Counted from the stretch's first letter, positions 1 through 9,237 are shown. The stretch: DNA of 64,000 nt from Bryobacteraceae bacterium (GCA_028275505.1 JAPWUP010000002.1:9965-73964); one strand, 5' to 3'. Program-made: numbers and translations. The notes: generated by a model not told the origin, from the letters alone.

Positions 1-88
1 GCGCCGTGCCGGCGTAGATGGTATCGCGGATTTGCGTTTGCGCCCATGCGGCGCAGGCCAGCATGAACAGTCCGATCAATCGCCTCAT
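1..88 (-). CDS. Phage tail-region protein, N-terminal 29 codons only (runs off left edge), signal-peptide-like
   Basis: ATG at 88-86 overlaps TGA of upstream tail gene (ATGA). Translation is MRRLIGLFMLACAAWAQTQ... Confidence 0.35.
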   Translation of the reverse strand, partial: MRRLIGLFMLACAAWAQTQIRDTIYAGTA

Positions 89-486
89 GCCACCTCCACC
101 AGCTCGAGCGAGACCTCGCCCAGGCCGAAGTTCACGTTCTGCTCCCAGCCACCTTCGAAGCGCACGGTGTAGCGGCCTTGGGTGGCCTCGCCCGTCGGGT
201 CGTAACTGAACTTCGGACTGGTTTCCCAGACGTCGTAGAAGTAGAACGGCTCGTGGGGGCCGCGGCGCGCCTCATAGAACTCGCGCAAGGCTTGAAGGCG
301 ATCGGGCGTCAATCGCAGCGCGAGCCGCCAGCGTTTGCGGCTGTTGGAGGCGAGGACAGACCGCTGGGACTCGCCGTTGCGGTACTGGTTCTCCAGCACG
401 GGGTAGTCCTGGCTCCGCACGAATGCCCTCGCCAGGTTCCACGGCATCACCGAGGACGCGACGGCATTCTGGACGGAGCCGGGCAT
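85..486 (-). CDS. Phage minor/distal tail protein
   Basis: Lies directly after the tape measure. NGESQR...LREFYEARRG..FYFYD resembles the DUF2460/GTA-type tail protein pattern (from memory). ATG 486 overlaps the upstream stop (TGATG). Confidence 0.5.
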   Translation of the reverse strand: MPGSVQNAVASSVMPWNLARAFVRSQDYPVLENQYRNGESQRSVLASNSRKRWRLALRLTPDRLQALREFYEARRGPHEPFYFYDVWETSPKFSYDPTGEATQGRYTVRFEGGWEQNVNFGLGEVSLELVEVA

Positions 487-695
487 CAATGACCTCCAGC
501 CTTGAGTCTTCGCTCGATCTGCTTGAACAGCAGCTCGGCCTCGCCCCGCGGCATGTAACGACCGTTCAAGGTCTCGAGCAGTTCCGCTTTGAAGTCACTG
601 AGCGCTGATTTGACGGTCAGGCGGACGTACAGGCCCAGCCCGCCAGCGACAGTACCGAACAACGCGGCCGTCGCCGAAAGCATCTCCCAGTTCAT
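486..695 (-). CDS. Small phage membrane protein (69 aa)
   Basis: ATG at 695-693, 9 nt after the tape-measure stop. One hydrophobic helix (LSATAALFGTVAGGLGLYV). Stop overlaps the next start. Confidence 0.4.
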   Translation of the reverse strand: MNWEMLSATAALFGTVAGGLGLYVRLTVKSALSDFKAELLETLNGRYMPRGEAELLFKQIERRLKAGGH

Positions 696-703
696 TGCGA
701 TCC

Positions 704-3700
704 CTACGTGATGACCAAGCCAGGACTGAATTGCAGAGCGGCCAACTCTCGCCGCCCCGCGTTGGCGCGGGTGGCGCTGAGGGTTGCCGACTGCACCGCG
801 CGCGGGTTGTCCACCACCACGCGCACGGTCTCCTTTTCGAAGAACTCCTTGGCCCCTGGCACGCTGATGTTGATGACGATGGGGCCGGTGGCAGGCGCGC
901 CCGCGGCGATGCGATCGAGGGTCGCTGTGGCGCCTGCGGTGAAGGTCTGCTGGTAGAGCATGCCGCCTTGCTGAATGAGCGACACCGGGCGCACCGTGGG
1001 CGGCAGGCCAGCCGTGCTCTGCCCGGTCGTCATGGCGTACAGCTCGATGAGATCGCGGACCTGCTGACTGCGGATGGCGGCATCCAGATTGCCGCCGAAA
1101 GCCTGCTTGGCGGTCTCGACGATCTGGCGCAGAATGCCCTTGTCGCGGACATCGACGCCGTAAGTGGCGCGGATTTTCTCGCGGGCTTTCTCCTCGGCGC
1201 TCTTCACGAACAGGCGAGCGATGCCGGCGATTGCCCCAATGCCGGCGCCGATCGCCGCGCCCAGCGGCCCGCCGTACTTGAAGCCAACCATCGCGCCGCC
1301 GGCCGTGGTCATCGCGAGGCCGGAAAGCCCGCCGCGCTGGAGGCCGGCCAGGGCCAGCAGACCACCTCCCAGAGCCGCGGCGGGCGAATGGCCGATGGCC
1401 GAGAGCTTCTGGGCCAGCGTAGCCGCTTGCCAGGTCGTGGCCATGCCGGGACCGAGCTGGACGCTGCCGCCAATGCCCCGGAATTCGCGCCACCCGCCAG
1501 CAAGTCCCGCCAGCCAACCGCGCCAGCCGCCGCCTCCCGCGGGCACGAAGGGCGGCGTTCCCCAACCTCCCGCGGCACCGCCAGGAATGGGACCGGCGGC
1601 GGCTAGCGCGGGCCCCAAGACCAAGCCCCCAAGTGAGGCTCGGCCAGCGGCTCCTGCAACCGGTATGCGCACACCAGCGAACAGTTCCATGAGCATTGCC
1701 GCCACGCGCGAGGTCACGATCTCTTTGATGGCCGTCAAGACCGCGGTCTTCAGCGCATTGCCAATGGCCGCAAACACCGACTGGGAGCGGGTCAGCAGTG
1801 CGTCGAAGACACCCTCGGCCTGCCGCTTGAGCGATTCGAAGATCTGCCGGTTGTGATCGCGGATGAGCTCGGCTTGGCGGATGGCGGCATTCTCCCGCGC
1901 GGCTTGGATGGCCGCCTCGGTAGCCTCCTGCTGCTGGCGTCGGATCTCTTCGCGTTGCTGGGTGAGTTCAGCGATGCGCGCTTGGATCTCATCGGCACGG
2001 TAACCCAGCCGGCGCAGATTGGCTTCTTCTTCCAAGACCATGCGCGAGGTCTCCAGATCAAACAGCCGCTGCTTGATCTCGTGGACGCGCTCGAGGTACT
2101 CGATCTCGATCGCGGCCTTGCGCTGCTCGAGGGCCAGCTTCTGATCGAGCGTCTGCGCGTCCGCGGCCTCGGCCTGGCGCAACTGAGCATCGCGCACCCA
2201 GCCGGCGCGCTCAAGTTCGAAGCTATAGACCTGCTCGGTGTGCTCGAGCGCCCGCCGCGCCGCATCTTCCTGATAATCGAGCCGGCGCTGGTAAAGCTCG
2301 GTCTCCCAAGCCAGCCGTTGCTCGTACTCTTCCCGGTAGCGCTTGAGCGTCTCCTCGATGGTTTCCTTCTGTAGACCACGCAGCTTGGCTTGAAGCTCGC
2401 GCTCGAGGTTGTGGCGGGCTTCGGCAAGCAGCGTGAATTGATGCATCGCGCCGTGCTCATCGACAAAGGTGGTCAGCCGCTGGGCCTCGCGCTGGAGCTC
2501 GAGCACCACGCGCGCCGGTCCTTGGAGCGCTTCCGCTTCCGCGGTCAGGGCGCTTTCGCGCGTTGCGCGCACCGCCTCGATCTGGCGCTTGCGGATCTCG
2601 GCGGCCCGCTCCAGGTTCTCGAGATCCGGCGCGGCTTCAAGCCTGACCTTGGGCCCGGGGACCTCAAAACTTTCCTCGCCGGGCAAGGCCCGCCGGCCGG
2701 CGACGAGCTCGCGCAGTTGCTCGTCCGTCATCCCGCGCCGGCGCAGCTCATCCAGGCTGACCTTGCCGGCCAGCAGCTGCATGCGCAGTGCGCGCCGTTC
2801 CATTTCGCCGAAGCGCGCTTCAACCTCTTCCTGACCACGCTTCCATTGCGCATAGACGGCCATGCCGGCGCCCACGGCGGCGACGCCCAATAAGGCATAG
2901 GGGTTCAGGGTGGCCAGATTGAGCGCCGCGATTGATTTGGCCAGAGCCAGGATCTTTTCTGCGAGCTTGTACGCGGCGAAGGCGGCTCCTACCGCGGCTA
3001 CCGCTTGAGCGAGCTTGACCAGACCGTCGGCGTTGTCGTGCAGCCAGCTCACCAGCTCACGCAGGTGGCCAAGCAGCGCCACCAGATCGCTCTGGAAGCG
3101 GGCGCCGATCTGCTCGCGGAGGTTCTGAAACTCACGCCGGAGGGCGCCGAGCTGACCGGCCGCGGTCTGCATGACGGCAGCATGCGCGCCCTGGATCTTG
3201 GCGCCCTCGCGCATGATCACGTTGTAGCGGAGCTGCTTCTCCTCGGCTTCGGTGAGGGCGCGGCCCAACCGGAGCTGCTCGGCCAGCGCCTCGCGCTCGA
3301 AGTTGACGAACAGCCCCAGGCTGCGCAAGCCGCGCGCATAGCCGGACTCGATCGCCATGATGATGGTCTCGAGCGCCTCGCCGGCGGCCACATTCTGGAT
3401 GGCGGCTGCGTCGTTGGCCAGCTTCGCCAACCCCTCCGCCTTGCTCAGATCCAGGTCGGCAATGAGAAAGCGCTTGACCGCCTGGGCGGCTTCGTTGTAC
3501 TCGAAGCCGATCTGCTCGATGGCCTCCACATGTCGGGCCGCCGCCGCGGCGCTTACCCCGTGCGCTTGCGCCATGGCGCGCACGCCCGCCTCGGCCTTGG
3601 CGTTTTGGGCCGCCAGCATCGCCGAGCCGGCGGTAAACTCCTTGACCCAGCCGAGGGCGCGCTCGATCGCACCGGCGAGCAGGTTGCCGGCGGTAGCGCC

Positions 3701-3868
3701 CTTGACGATGGCCGCGGTCATGCCGTCAATGCTGCGGGAGGCGCGGCGCGCTGCGCTGACGGCAGTGGTCTCGATCGAGGACAGGCCGGCGTTGACGCTC
3801 TTGATCGAGGCGTTGGCCTTCTCGGTATCAACGGTGACGATGAGTTCGAGCTTGTTGTCAGCGGGCAT
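704..3868 (-). CDS. Tail tape measure protein
   Basis: 1054 aa, Ala/Gly-rich ends and a long coiled-coil middle (EQ/RR-rich). Position is after the G/GT chaperones. Confidence 0.9.
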   Translation of the reverse strand: MPADNKLELIVTVDTEKANASIKSVNAGLSSIETTAVSAARRASRSIDGMTAAIVKGATAGNLLAGAIERALGWVKEFTAGSAMLAAQNAKAEAGVRAMAQAHGVSAAAAARHVEAIEQIGFEYNEAAQAVKRFLIADLDLSKAEGLAKLANDAAAIQNVAAGEALETIIMAIESGYARGLRSLGLFVNFEREALAEQLRLGRALTEAEEKQLRYNVIMREGAKIQGAHAAVMQTAAGQLGALRREFQNLREQIGARFQSDLVALLGHLRELVSWLHDNADGLVKLAQAVAAVGAAFAAYKLAEKILALAKSIAALNLATLNPYALLGVAAVGAGMAVYAQWKRGQEEVEARFGEMERRALRMQLLAGKVSLDELRRRGMTDEQLRELVAGRRALPGEESFEVPGPKVRLEAAPDLENLERAAEIRKRQIEAVRATRESALTAEAEALQGPARVVLELQREAQRLTTFVDEHGAMHQFTLLAEARHNLERELQAKLRGLQKETIEETLKRYREEYEQRLAWETELYQRRLDYQEDAARRALEHTEQVYSFELERAGWVRDAQLRQAEAADAQTLDQKLALEQRKAAIEIEYLERVHEIKQRLFDLETSRMVLEEEANLRRLGYRADEIQARIAELTQQREEIRRQQQEATEAAIQAARENAAIRQAELIRDHNRQIFESLKRQAEGVFDALLTRSQSVFAAIGNALKTAVLTAIKEIVTSRVAAMLMELFAGVRIPVAGAAGRASLGGLVLGPALAAAGPIPGGAAGGWGTPPFVPAGGGGWRGWLAGLAGGWREFRGIGGSVQLGPGMATTWQAATLAQKLSAIGHSPAAALGGGLLALAGLQRGGLSGLAMTTAGGAMVGFKYGGPLGAAIGAGIGAIAGIARLFVKSAEEKAREKIRATYGVDVRDKGILRQIVETAKQAFGGNLDAAIRSQQVRDLIELYAMTTGQSTAGLPPTVRPVSLIQQGGMLYQQTFTAGATATLDRIAAGAPATGPIVINISVPGAKEFFEKETVRVVVDNPRAVQSATLSATRANAGRRELAALQFSPGLVIT

Positions 3869-3901
3869 GCGCGGGCAAGAACTTGTTAGGATGAACGATT
3901 C

Positions 3902-4237
3902 GTGAAGCTTCCCAACCCGGAATTAGCCATCGTGGATATCGGCAAGCTGCGCGACTACTGTTTGAATCCCAAGCATCCGCGGGGGCGACACAAGGCCAGG
4001 GTGTTCGCATCGGTAGGGATTCACCAGACGGACGCAGTAAAGCTGCAGTCAGCGCTGCTTTGGGCAGCCCTTCACTGCGAAGCGGAGAGCGCTCCGCCAA
4101 GTCCTTACGGCGAGCGCTACATCGTGGATTTCGACTACCCCGGGGCAGAGCGCCCGGTGAGGATTCGCAGCAGTTGGATCGTGCGCGCAGGTGAGGGAAT
4201 CCCACGCCTGACGAGCTGTTATGTATTATCAAGGTGA
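3902..4237 (+). CDS. DUF6883-like protein (moron on opposite strand)
   Basis: KLRDYCLNPKHPRGRHKARVF ... YGERYIVDF ... VRIRSSWIV..G...PRLTSCYV matches my recollection of the DUF6883 family. GTG start. Confidence 0.55.
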   Translation: MKLPNPELAIVDIGKLRDYCLNPKHPRGRHKARVFASVGIHQTDAVKLQSALLWAALHCEAESAPPSPYGERYIVDFDYPGAERPVRIRSSWIVRAGEGIPRLTSCYVLSR

Positions 4238-4464
4238 GGTTGGTCATGGCGGAAATCGCACTCCATTCGGTGGTGGCGCTGCTTGAAGACCTGCCCGAAC
4301 AAGGTCTGGTCCGCGGGCAAGTGGGGACGGTGGTGGAGGTTTGGGCACCTGGGGTTTACGAGGTCGAATTCAGTGACGATGACGGGCGCACGTATGCCCT
4401 GGCGTCGCTCAAAGCCGAGCAACTGATGCGGCTCCATCACGAACCTGTCCACCAAGCCGCTTGA
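4234..4464 (+). CDS. DUF4926-like small protein, coupled to the DUF6883-like gene
   Basis: LEDLPEQGLVRGQVGTVVEVWAPGVYEVEFSDDDGRTYALASL matches the DUF4926 pattern. GTGA start/stop overlap with the upstream gene. Confidence 0.55.
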   Translation: MRLVMAEIALHSVVALLEDLPEQGLVRGQVGTVVEVWAPGVYEVEFSDDDGRTYALASLKAEQLMRLHHEPVHQAA

Positions 4465-4488
4465 AAGAGACGATCCCATCAGTCACGG

Positions 4489-5408
4489 TCAGGCATTGCG
4501 CCTCGAACGCTCTTCTTCCCAGCGCGCCTGCTCTTCTTCGATGATGAGCAGGGCCTGGAACTCATCCGCGGCGATCTCATCCAGTGAGAGGCTGACGCCC
4601 AGTTTCAAGGCCGTTCGCAGATCGAGCGCCCGGCGCAGGAGTTGGCCCGCCTCGGAGTTTTGCGCGCCATCCAAGCGGTCGAGCGGGCAATGGTCGCAAC
4701 GGCCGCCGTCATCCGGTGCGTCCGGGCACAGTCGTGGATCGCAGAGTTGCTCCCGCCGCAGCGACCAGTAGACCAGGTAGCGCAGGGAGGGCCGCTCGGG
4801 CCACTCCCCGCTCAGCAGTTTCCCTCGCGCTCCTCAAAGCCGGCCTCGAGCGCATCGATGGCCGCCTTCACTGCTACCGCTTGGTGGATGATCGGGACGG
4901 CGCCGGCGTAGCCCTCGCTCGTCTGGCAGAGCTTCTGATACAGGGTGCCGGCAGCGGCCAAGTTCACCGTCAGCTCCTGGCGGTTGAAGGGCAGATCCAG
5001 AATGCGGGCAAAACCGCGGCGATACTCGATCACGTCTTTGGCGCTCGGCATGCGTAGCACGTGTTCGGTCATCCCACCGGGCACGCGCAGAACGACGCGG
5101 AACCCGCCCGCCTCCTCGAGCACCTCGTCCACATCTGCCTGGCCCAACTGCTCGATGATCCGGCTGGCTTCATAGGCGTCCAGTTCATCACCATCATCCA
5201 AGCGGATCTTAGCGAACAAGGCAGCATCCACCTCTTCGGCGTTCGGGATCGTCGTCTCCGAGACGCCGCGCCCCAGATGCTTGATGATGATCTTGCGGCG
5301 CCGCTGGCGCTCGATCCACTCCTCATCGTTCGGGAAGCGGACCCTGACCGTACGCGCGCCCTCGGCGGAGCGAAGCTGCACGTGGATTTCTTTTTGTGAA
5401 TCGAACAT
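4489..5408 (-). CDS. Tail assembly chaperone -1 frameshift fusion (lambda GT analogue)
   Basis: The -1 frame is open from 4833 to 4489 with no plausible own start. It reads ...GK LLSGEWPERPSL... after the slip at 4818-4824. Confidence 0.6.
4812..5408 (-). CDS. Tail assembly chaperone (lambda G analogue)
   Basis: Acidic protein between major tail and tape measure. Ends ...EEREGNC* with slippery G GGA AAC 2 codons before the stop. Confidence 0.7.
   Translation of the reverse strand: MFDSQKEIHVQLRSAEGARTVRVRFPNDEEWIERQRRRKIIIKHLGRGVSETTIPNAEEVDAALFAKIRLDDGDELDAYEASRIIEQLGQADVDEVLEEAGGFRVVLRVPGGMTEHVLRMPSAKDVIEYRRGFARILDLPFNRQELTVNLAAAGTLYQKLCQTSEGYAGAVPIIHQAVAVKAAIDALEAGFEEREGNC
4818..4824 (-). 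promoter_or_regulatory. Programmed -1 ribosomal frameshift heptamer G GGA AAC
   Basis: X XXY YYZ in the zero frame of the chaperone gene. The overlapping -1 ORF continues for about 110 codons. Confidence 0.6.
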
Positions 5409-5410
5409 GG

Positions 5411-6442
5411 CTATCCGATGTTGTCCTGAGTGGTTTTGGCCACCGCCGTGAGCAGGCCGTTGGTCGCATCCCACAGCGGCGTGCACTCGACCTCGATGGT
5501 CACGATGCCGTCGGTATCGCCGACCACCGCGGTCCGGAAGGCAACCTTGTGGAAGCTCACCTCGAGCGAGTGGTAATCGCTACCCGAGATCAGGTCGCCC
5601 TGAAGGCCGACTACGGCCGTGCCGGTGGTCTGGTTGCGGAGCTTGGTCAGTTCAGTTGAGCCGTGCTCAAAGCGCGCCACAAACTTGAGCGAGGCCTCAC
5701 GGTCACCGAACTCCATCCGGCCGCGGATGGCCGCGCCGTCCTGTGTGCCTGAGCCAGGGTAGAAGCCCGAGTCGAGCCTGAGATTATTCTTGAAGCCCAG
5801 CTCGAGCGAGACCAGGTTGCGGCTGGTGACATAGTCCACGCCGTTGATGGTCACCTGAGCGCTGGCGCCGGGCAGCAGATGCTCGGTAGTGCCCGCCGGC
5901 AGTGTGATTCCGCTCGGCTCCACCAGTTTCCCCGAGCCGGCGAAGTGGATTGCGATACGCGAGTTGGCCCGACCCGGCCCCGAGCCGATCGTGATGGTGA
6001 AATCCTCGATCACGCAGCCCACCGCCATGCGGTCGAGCACCGCGCTCGCGCCCGGCCGGATCTGCTCGACAAAAGAAAACGCCGGCAGCTCAATGCCGCC
6101 CGTAACCGGATCCTGCGGGGTACAAGTATAGGTGATCGCGGGCGGGGTGCCGCTCTTTGTGCGGCCACCCAAGCCAAAGACGAACGCCCAGGCGGCGATC
6201 TCACTGGTGAGAAACTTCTCGATTGAGCCGCTCACGTCCCAGTGGGATTTGAAGACTTGCGTGGCGAACTCGTGCCCTTTGCCGAGATCGGCGGCATCGT
6301 TTTCGGTGTTCAGCGTCACGGTCGCAAGCGCGGCGTTGGTCTTGGTCAGGCTCCAGAGGTCACCGGAGACGTTGGGCGTTGACAGATCGGTCTGTTTCTT
6401 GTAACCAAAGCCGATCTTGGTTTCGCGAATGTTGGCGGGCAT
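5411..6442 (-). CDS. Major tail protein
   Basis: 343 aa, immediately upstream of the chaperone pair (positional call). No family motif recognised. Confidence 0.55.
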   Translation of the reverse strand: MPANIRETKIGFGYKKQTDLSTPNVSGDLWSLTKTNAALATVTLNTENDAADLGKGHEFATQVFKSHWDVSGSIEKFLTSEIAAWAFVFGLGGRTKSGTPPAITYTCTPQDPVTGGIELPAFSFVEQIRPGASAVLDRMAVGCVIEDFTITIGSGPGRANSRIAIHFAGSGKLVEPSGITLPAGTTEHLLPGASAQVTINGVDYVTSRNLVSLELGFKNNLRLDSGFYPGSGTQDGAAIRGRMEFGDREASLKFVARFEHGSTELTKLRNQTTGTAVVGLQGDLISGSDYHSLEVSFHKVAFRTAVVGDTDGIVTIEVECTPLWDATNGLLTAVAKTTQDNIG

Positions 6443-6443
6443 C

Positions 6444-6914
6444 TCAATCTCCCATCTCGGTGAAGCTCACCGTAACTTCGAAGTAGTCTGTCCCTTGCTC
6501 GTCGCTCGCGCGCTGGATCGAAGGCAGATCCATCGGGTGGCAGCGGGGGTGGATGGTGGTGTAGAGCATCTTCAGCGCACTCCCGGCGGGCACGCCGTTG
6601 ACGATCAGATCAAAGAGGCGGTAGTAAGCCGTGGGCGGGTCACCTTCGAGCGTCTCCCGCGCGCGCAGGTAAAGCGAGAGGTTGTGTTTCCAGGCTTCGC
6701 CGGCACCGAAGCTGCCCGGTGTGGTTCCCTGCCAAGCGACCAGGATCGAGGGCACTGGCATCTCGTAGATCGCCAGGGGCAGGCTGACGCGCTTGGGATA
6801 GAGGTCGTGGTAGGCGCGGATTCTTTGCGGGTCGCCTTCCATCTCCGCGACTAGCTCCGGGATCGCGCGCAGCTTTTCAACCAGTGCATCCACCAGCTCA
6901 GCCGGGTTGATCAT
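6444..6914 (-). CDS. Tail terminator / tail completion protein (positional call)
   Basis: 156 aa, tightly packed between the neck gene and major tail (2-nt gap, 4-nt overlap). Confidence 0.4.
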   Translation of the reverse strand: MINPAELVDALVEKLRAIPELVAEMEGDPQRIRAYHDLYPKRVSLPLAIYEMPVPSILVAWQGTTPGSFGAGEAWKHNLSLYLRARETLEGDPPTAYYRLFDLIVNGVPAGSALKMLYTTIHPRCHPMDLPSIQRASDEQGTDYFEVTVSFTEMGD

Positions 6915-7369
6915 GACTGTCGGCCTCCGAGCAAGCGCTCGACGATTAGCCGTGGCGTGATCTCGCGCAAGATGCGGCGGGCGGCCTCGAGGACGGCGGC
7001 GCGGTTACGCGGCGAGAAGACCAGCCACGGTTCACGACGCATGTTGACCAGTCCCTTGATGCGCTCCTTGCGGGAGGTGAGGGCCGCTTTGGCTGCGCGC
7101 TCGCTCACCGTGCGCACCGACAGGTTGCCGAGCATGCTGCCAGTGAGCGAGAGATCGCGCACGGCACGCCGCCTCAGGCGTTTGCTCTTATAGATCGCGT
7201 AGCGCTTGGTGAGCGGTTTGGCCGGCCCGTCCGTTGGCCCCAGGCCGGCGGCCAGCCGGTTCTTGACCGCCGCCAGCCCCACGGTGCCCAGCTTGAGCAT
7301 CTCAAGCTCGTGAAAGTTCAGGTGATCCACCCGGAGTTGCCTGCGGAACCAGATGCGAACGCTCGGCAC
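6911..7369 (-). CDS. Head-tail adaptor / neck protein (positional call)
   Basis: 152 aa basic protein with a DLSLTGSMLGNL motif reminiscent of virion-morphogenesis/neck proteins. Confidence 0.4.
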   Translation of the reverse strand: MPSVRIWFRRQLRVDHLNFHELEMLKLGTVGLAAVKNRLAAGLGPTDGPAKPLTKRYAIYKSKRLRRRAVRDLSLTGSMLGNLSVRTVSERAAKAALTSRKERIKGLVNMRREPWLVFSPRNRAAVLEAARRILREITPRLIVERLLGGRQS

Positions 7370-7415
7370 GGATGAGTTTTGAAGGGTCGCGTGACCTTGA
7401 GAACTGACAACTAAG

Positions 7416-7643
7416 TTACAGATCGTCGGGTTTTAGGCCCGTCTTTTCGGCCAGCAGCTTCAGCGCCACTGGTCCGAGCGTCACTTGGTCATGGTAGGCA
7501 AACAGCACATCAGGCCAGCCGGGTCTCTCCAAGATTCGGTGCGAGCCTCTCTGCCGCTTGATCCGCCAGCCAATGCGGAGGAGGGCAGCCAGCGCTTTCG
7601 AAGCTTTGACCGATGGCCAGCGGCCCGTAGACTCAGGCGGCAA
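7416..7643 (-). CDS. hicA: HicA-family toxin (prophage moron)
   Basis: KALAALLRIGWRIKRQRGSHRILERPGWPDVLFAYH...LGPVALKLLAEKTGL is a typical HicA/YcfA core with GSH. Confidence 0.75.
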   Translation of the reverse strand: MPPESTGRWPSVKASKALAALLRIGWRIKRQRGSHRILERPGWPDVLFAYHDQVTLGPVALKLLAEKTGLKPDDL

Positions 7644-7866
7644 CGAAGGACACCTGAAGTTCGCCCGGCACAGCCTCCCCGTGCTCCAACCGGTCGGCGA
7701 TCAAGCGTAAGGCCAGCGCCTGCGCCGCTGCGCAAGCCTGTTTCTTCGTGCGCCCATAAGCGGTGACTCCGGGTAGCGCCGGGATGTCCGCCAGCCAGCG
7801 CCCATCCTGCTCACGGTAGAACTTAACTTCCAGGACGAAATCCTGAATCCCGCGAGTCTTGCTCAT
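7633..7866 (-). CDS. hicB: HicB-family antitoxin (prophage moron)
   Basis: FVLEVKFYREQDGRWLADIPALPGVTAYGRTKKQACAAAQALALRLIADRLEHGEAVP is a UPF0150/HicB N-domain pattern. 11-nt overlap with hicA. Confidence 0.7.
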   Translation of the reverse strand: MSKTRGIQDFVLEVKFYREQDGRWLADIPALPGVTAYGRTKKQACAAAQALALRLIADRLEHGEAVPGELQVSFVAA

Positions 7867-7917
7867 GTACTTATGATGCTACAAGCGGCAGTGGGCGCGG
7901 CGCGCTCGCTCTCGGCG

Positions 7918-8229
7918 TCACCCCGCCCGGTGGAAATGCAGCACCAGGCGGAGGCCGCCCTCGGCGTCGGCTGCAAGATCGACGACCTTGTAGAGCGCGC
8001 CGTCCAGGCTGACCTCATCGCCCCGCGCCGGCGGATCCGGGAAAGCCGCCGCCGGCACGAACAGCAGCGCATACGTGCCCGGCGCGGCGTCCTCCGCCCG
8101 AGCCGCCTGGTCCACAATGCCAGTCAGCGTGAACGATGAGCCCGCCTGCGGGGTGTAGATTACTTGCCGACCGAAGGCCGCCAAGACTTGCTCGTTCAGC
8201 TTGTGCACCAGCCACGCCCAACCAGCCAT
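7918..8229 (-). CDS. Head-tail connector / head completion protein (positional call)
   Basis: 103 aa directly after the major capsid gene. Confidence 0.4.
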   Translation of the reverse strand: MAGWAWLVHKLNEQVLAAFGRQVIYTPQAGSSFTLTGIVDQAARAEDAAPGTYALLFVPAAAFPDPPARGDEVSLDGALYKVVDLAADAEGGLRLVLHFHRAG

Positions 8230-8232
8230 CGC

Positions 8233-9237
8233 TCAGGCCTTGGTCGCCCGGACCAGCACTTCGGGCCGGTGGCAGATGGGCAGCGGGTTCGATTGCGTGT
8301 GCAAATCGGTCCCCCGGCCGAACTTGCGCGGCTCCTGCTTGGCGTAGAGGGGCAGGCCGAGCGTGTTGGCGGTCTCGTTGAAGTCCGCCGGGGCAAAGTA
8401 GGTGCGGAACGTGGTGGCCGTGCCCAGCGGGAAAAAGTGCGCCTCACCGTCGGCGATGAACTTGCGCACGGTGCCGCTGGAGTCGGTCGCCTGGCCGCGG
8501 TACTCTTCAAACGTCACCCCGCCGAAGGTGAACCCGGTGCGGTTGTCCGAGAACAGCACCAGGCCCTCGCGCCAGCGCTGGTAGGCTTCCTTGACCTTGG
8601 GGTGCGTGGTCAGCGCGTCGAAGAAGCTCGGCGAGCACAGGCACATCACGCCGGTCATGAACTCGCCCTTGAGGTTGTCCTCGATGTGCCGGCGGACCTC
8701 GAGCACCTTGAGCAGCACTTCGGTCGAGGCCGTGGTCAGGGCGAAGTTCACCACCTTGGGCGTGATCTCGAACTCCTGGTAGAGGTCGTAGAGGGTGGAG
8801 CCGTCGGCATCGAGGATCACGCCCTTGAGCGCGCCCATGCGCAGGTGCTCGAGCGTGATGGCGTGCTTGGCGCGCATGGTCTGAAGCTTCTGGGCCATGA
8901 GGTTGGCCAAAGCGTCCATCTCGGTCTCCGAGCCGAAGGCGCGGATGCCTTGGACCTCCTCGGGCAGCACGACATCGTCGTGCGGAATGTGCGGGATGAC
9001 GAACGAGCGCACCTTGCGTTTCGCCTGCGTGCCCACCGTACCGGGCGAACCCACCGGACGCGTGGGGAGCAGGTTGAGCACGCCGTTCATCTCCTCGATG
9101 ATGATGGTGCGCGTGCGGACACCGACGGGCGGAAACAGGTTCAATTGCTCCAGGCGCCCGTAGGTGTTGGGGATCTTGTTGATGGCGGCCGTGAGGGCCG
9201 CCATGTCGAAAGCGTCGGAAGAAAAAGGATTCAGCAT
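8233..9237 (-). CDS. Major capsid protein, lambda gpE family
   Basis: MLNPFSSDAFDMAALTAAINKIPNTYGRLEQLNLF... is a characteristic gpE-family N-terminus. Follows the decoration gene. Confidence 0.85.
   Translation of the reverse strand: MLNPFSSDAFDMAALTAAINKIPNTYGRLEQLNLFPPVGVRTRTIIIEEMNGVLNLLPTRPVGSPGTVGTQAKRKVRSFVIPHIPHDDVVLPEEVQGIRAFGSETEMDALANLMAQKLQTMRAKHAITLEHLRMGALKGVILDADGSTLYDLYQEFEITPKVVNFALTTASTEVLLKVLEVRRHIEDNLKGEFMTGVMCLCSPSFFDALTTHPKVKEAYQRWREGLVLFSDNRTGFTFGGVTFEEYRGQATDSSGTVRKFIADGEAHFFPLGTATTFRTYFAPADFNETANTLGLPLYAKQEPRKFGRGTDLHTQSNPLPICHRPEVLVRATKA

Noticed and set aside
486-3905. Many long ORFs overlapping the tape-measure gene in other frames or on the other strand (e.g. 486-1565, 695-1606, 1164-1856, 1792-2466, 3005-3889).
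   Set aside because: Their translations are Arg/Pro/Gly/Ala-rich low-complexity strings, typical of off-frame reading of GC-rich DNA. The 1054-aa tape-measure frame explains the region. Only the last 69 codons of 486-1565 (486-695) were kept as a separate small gene.
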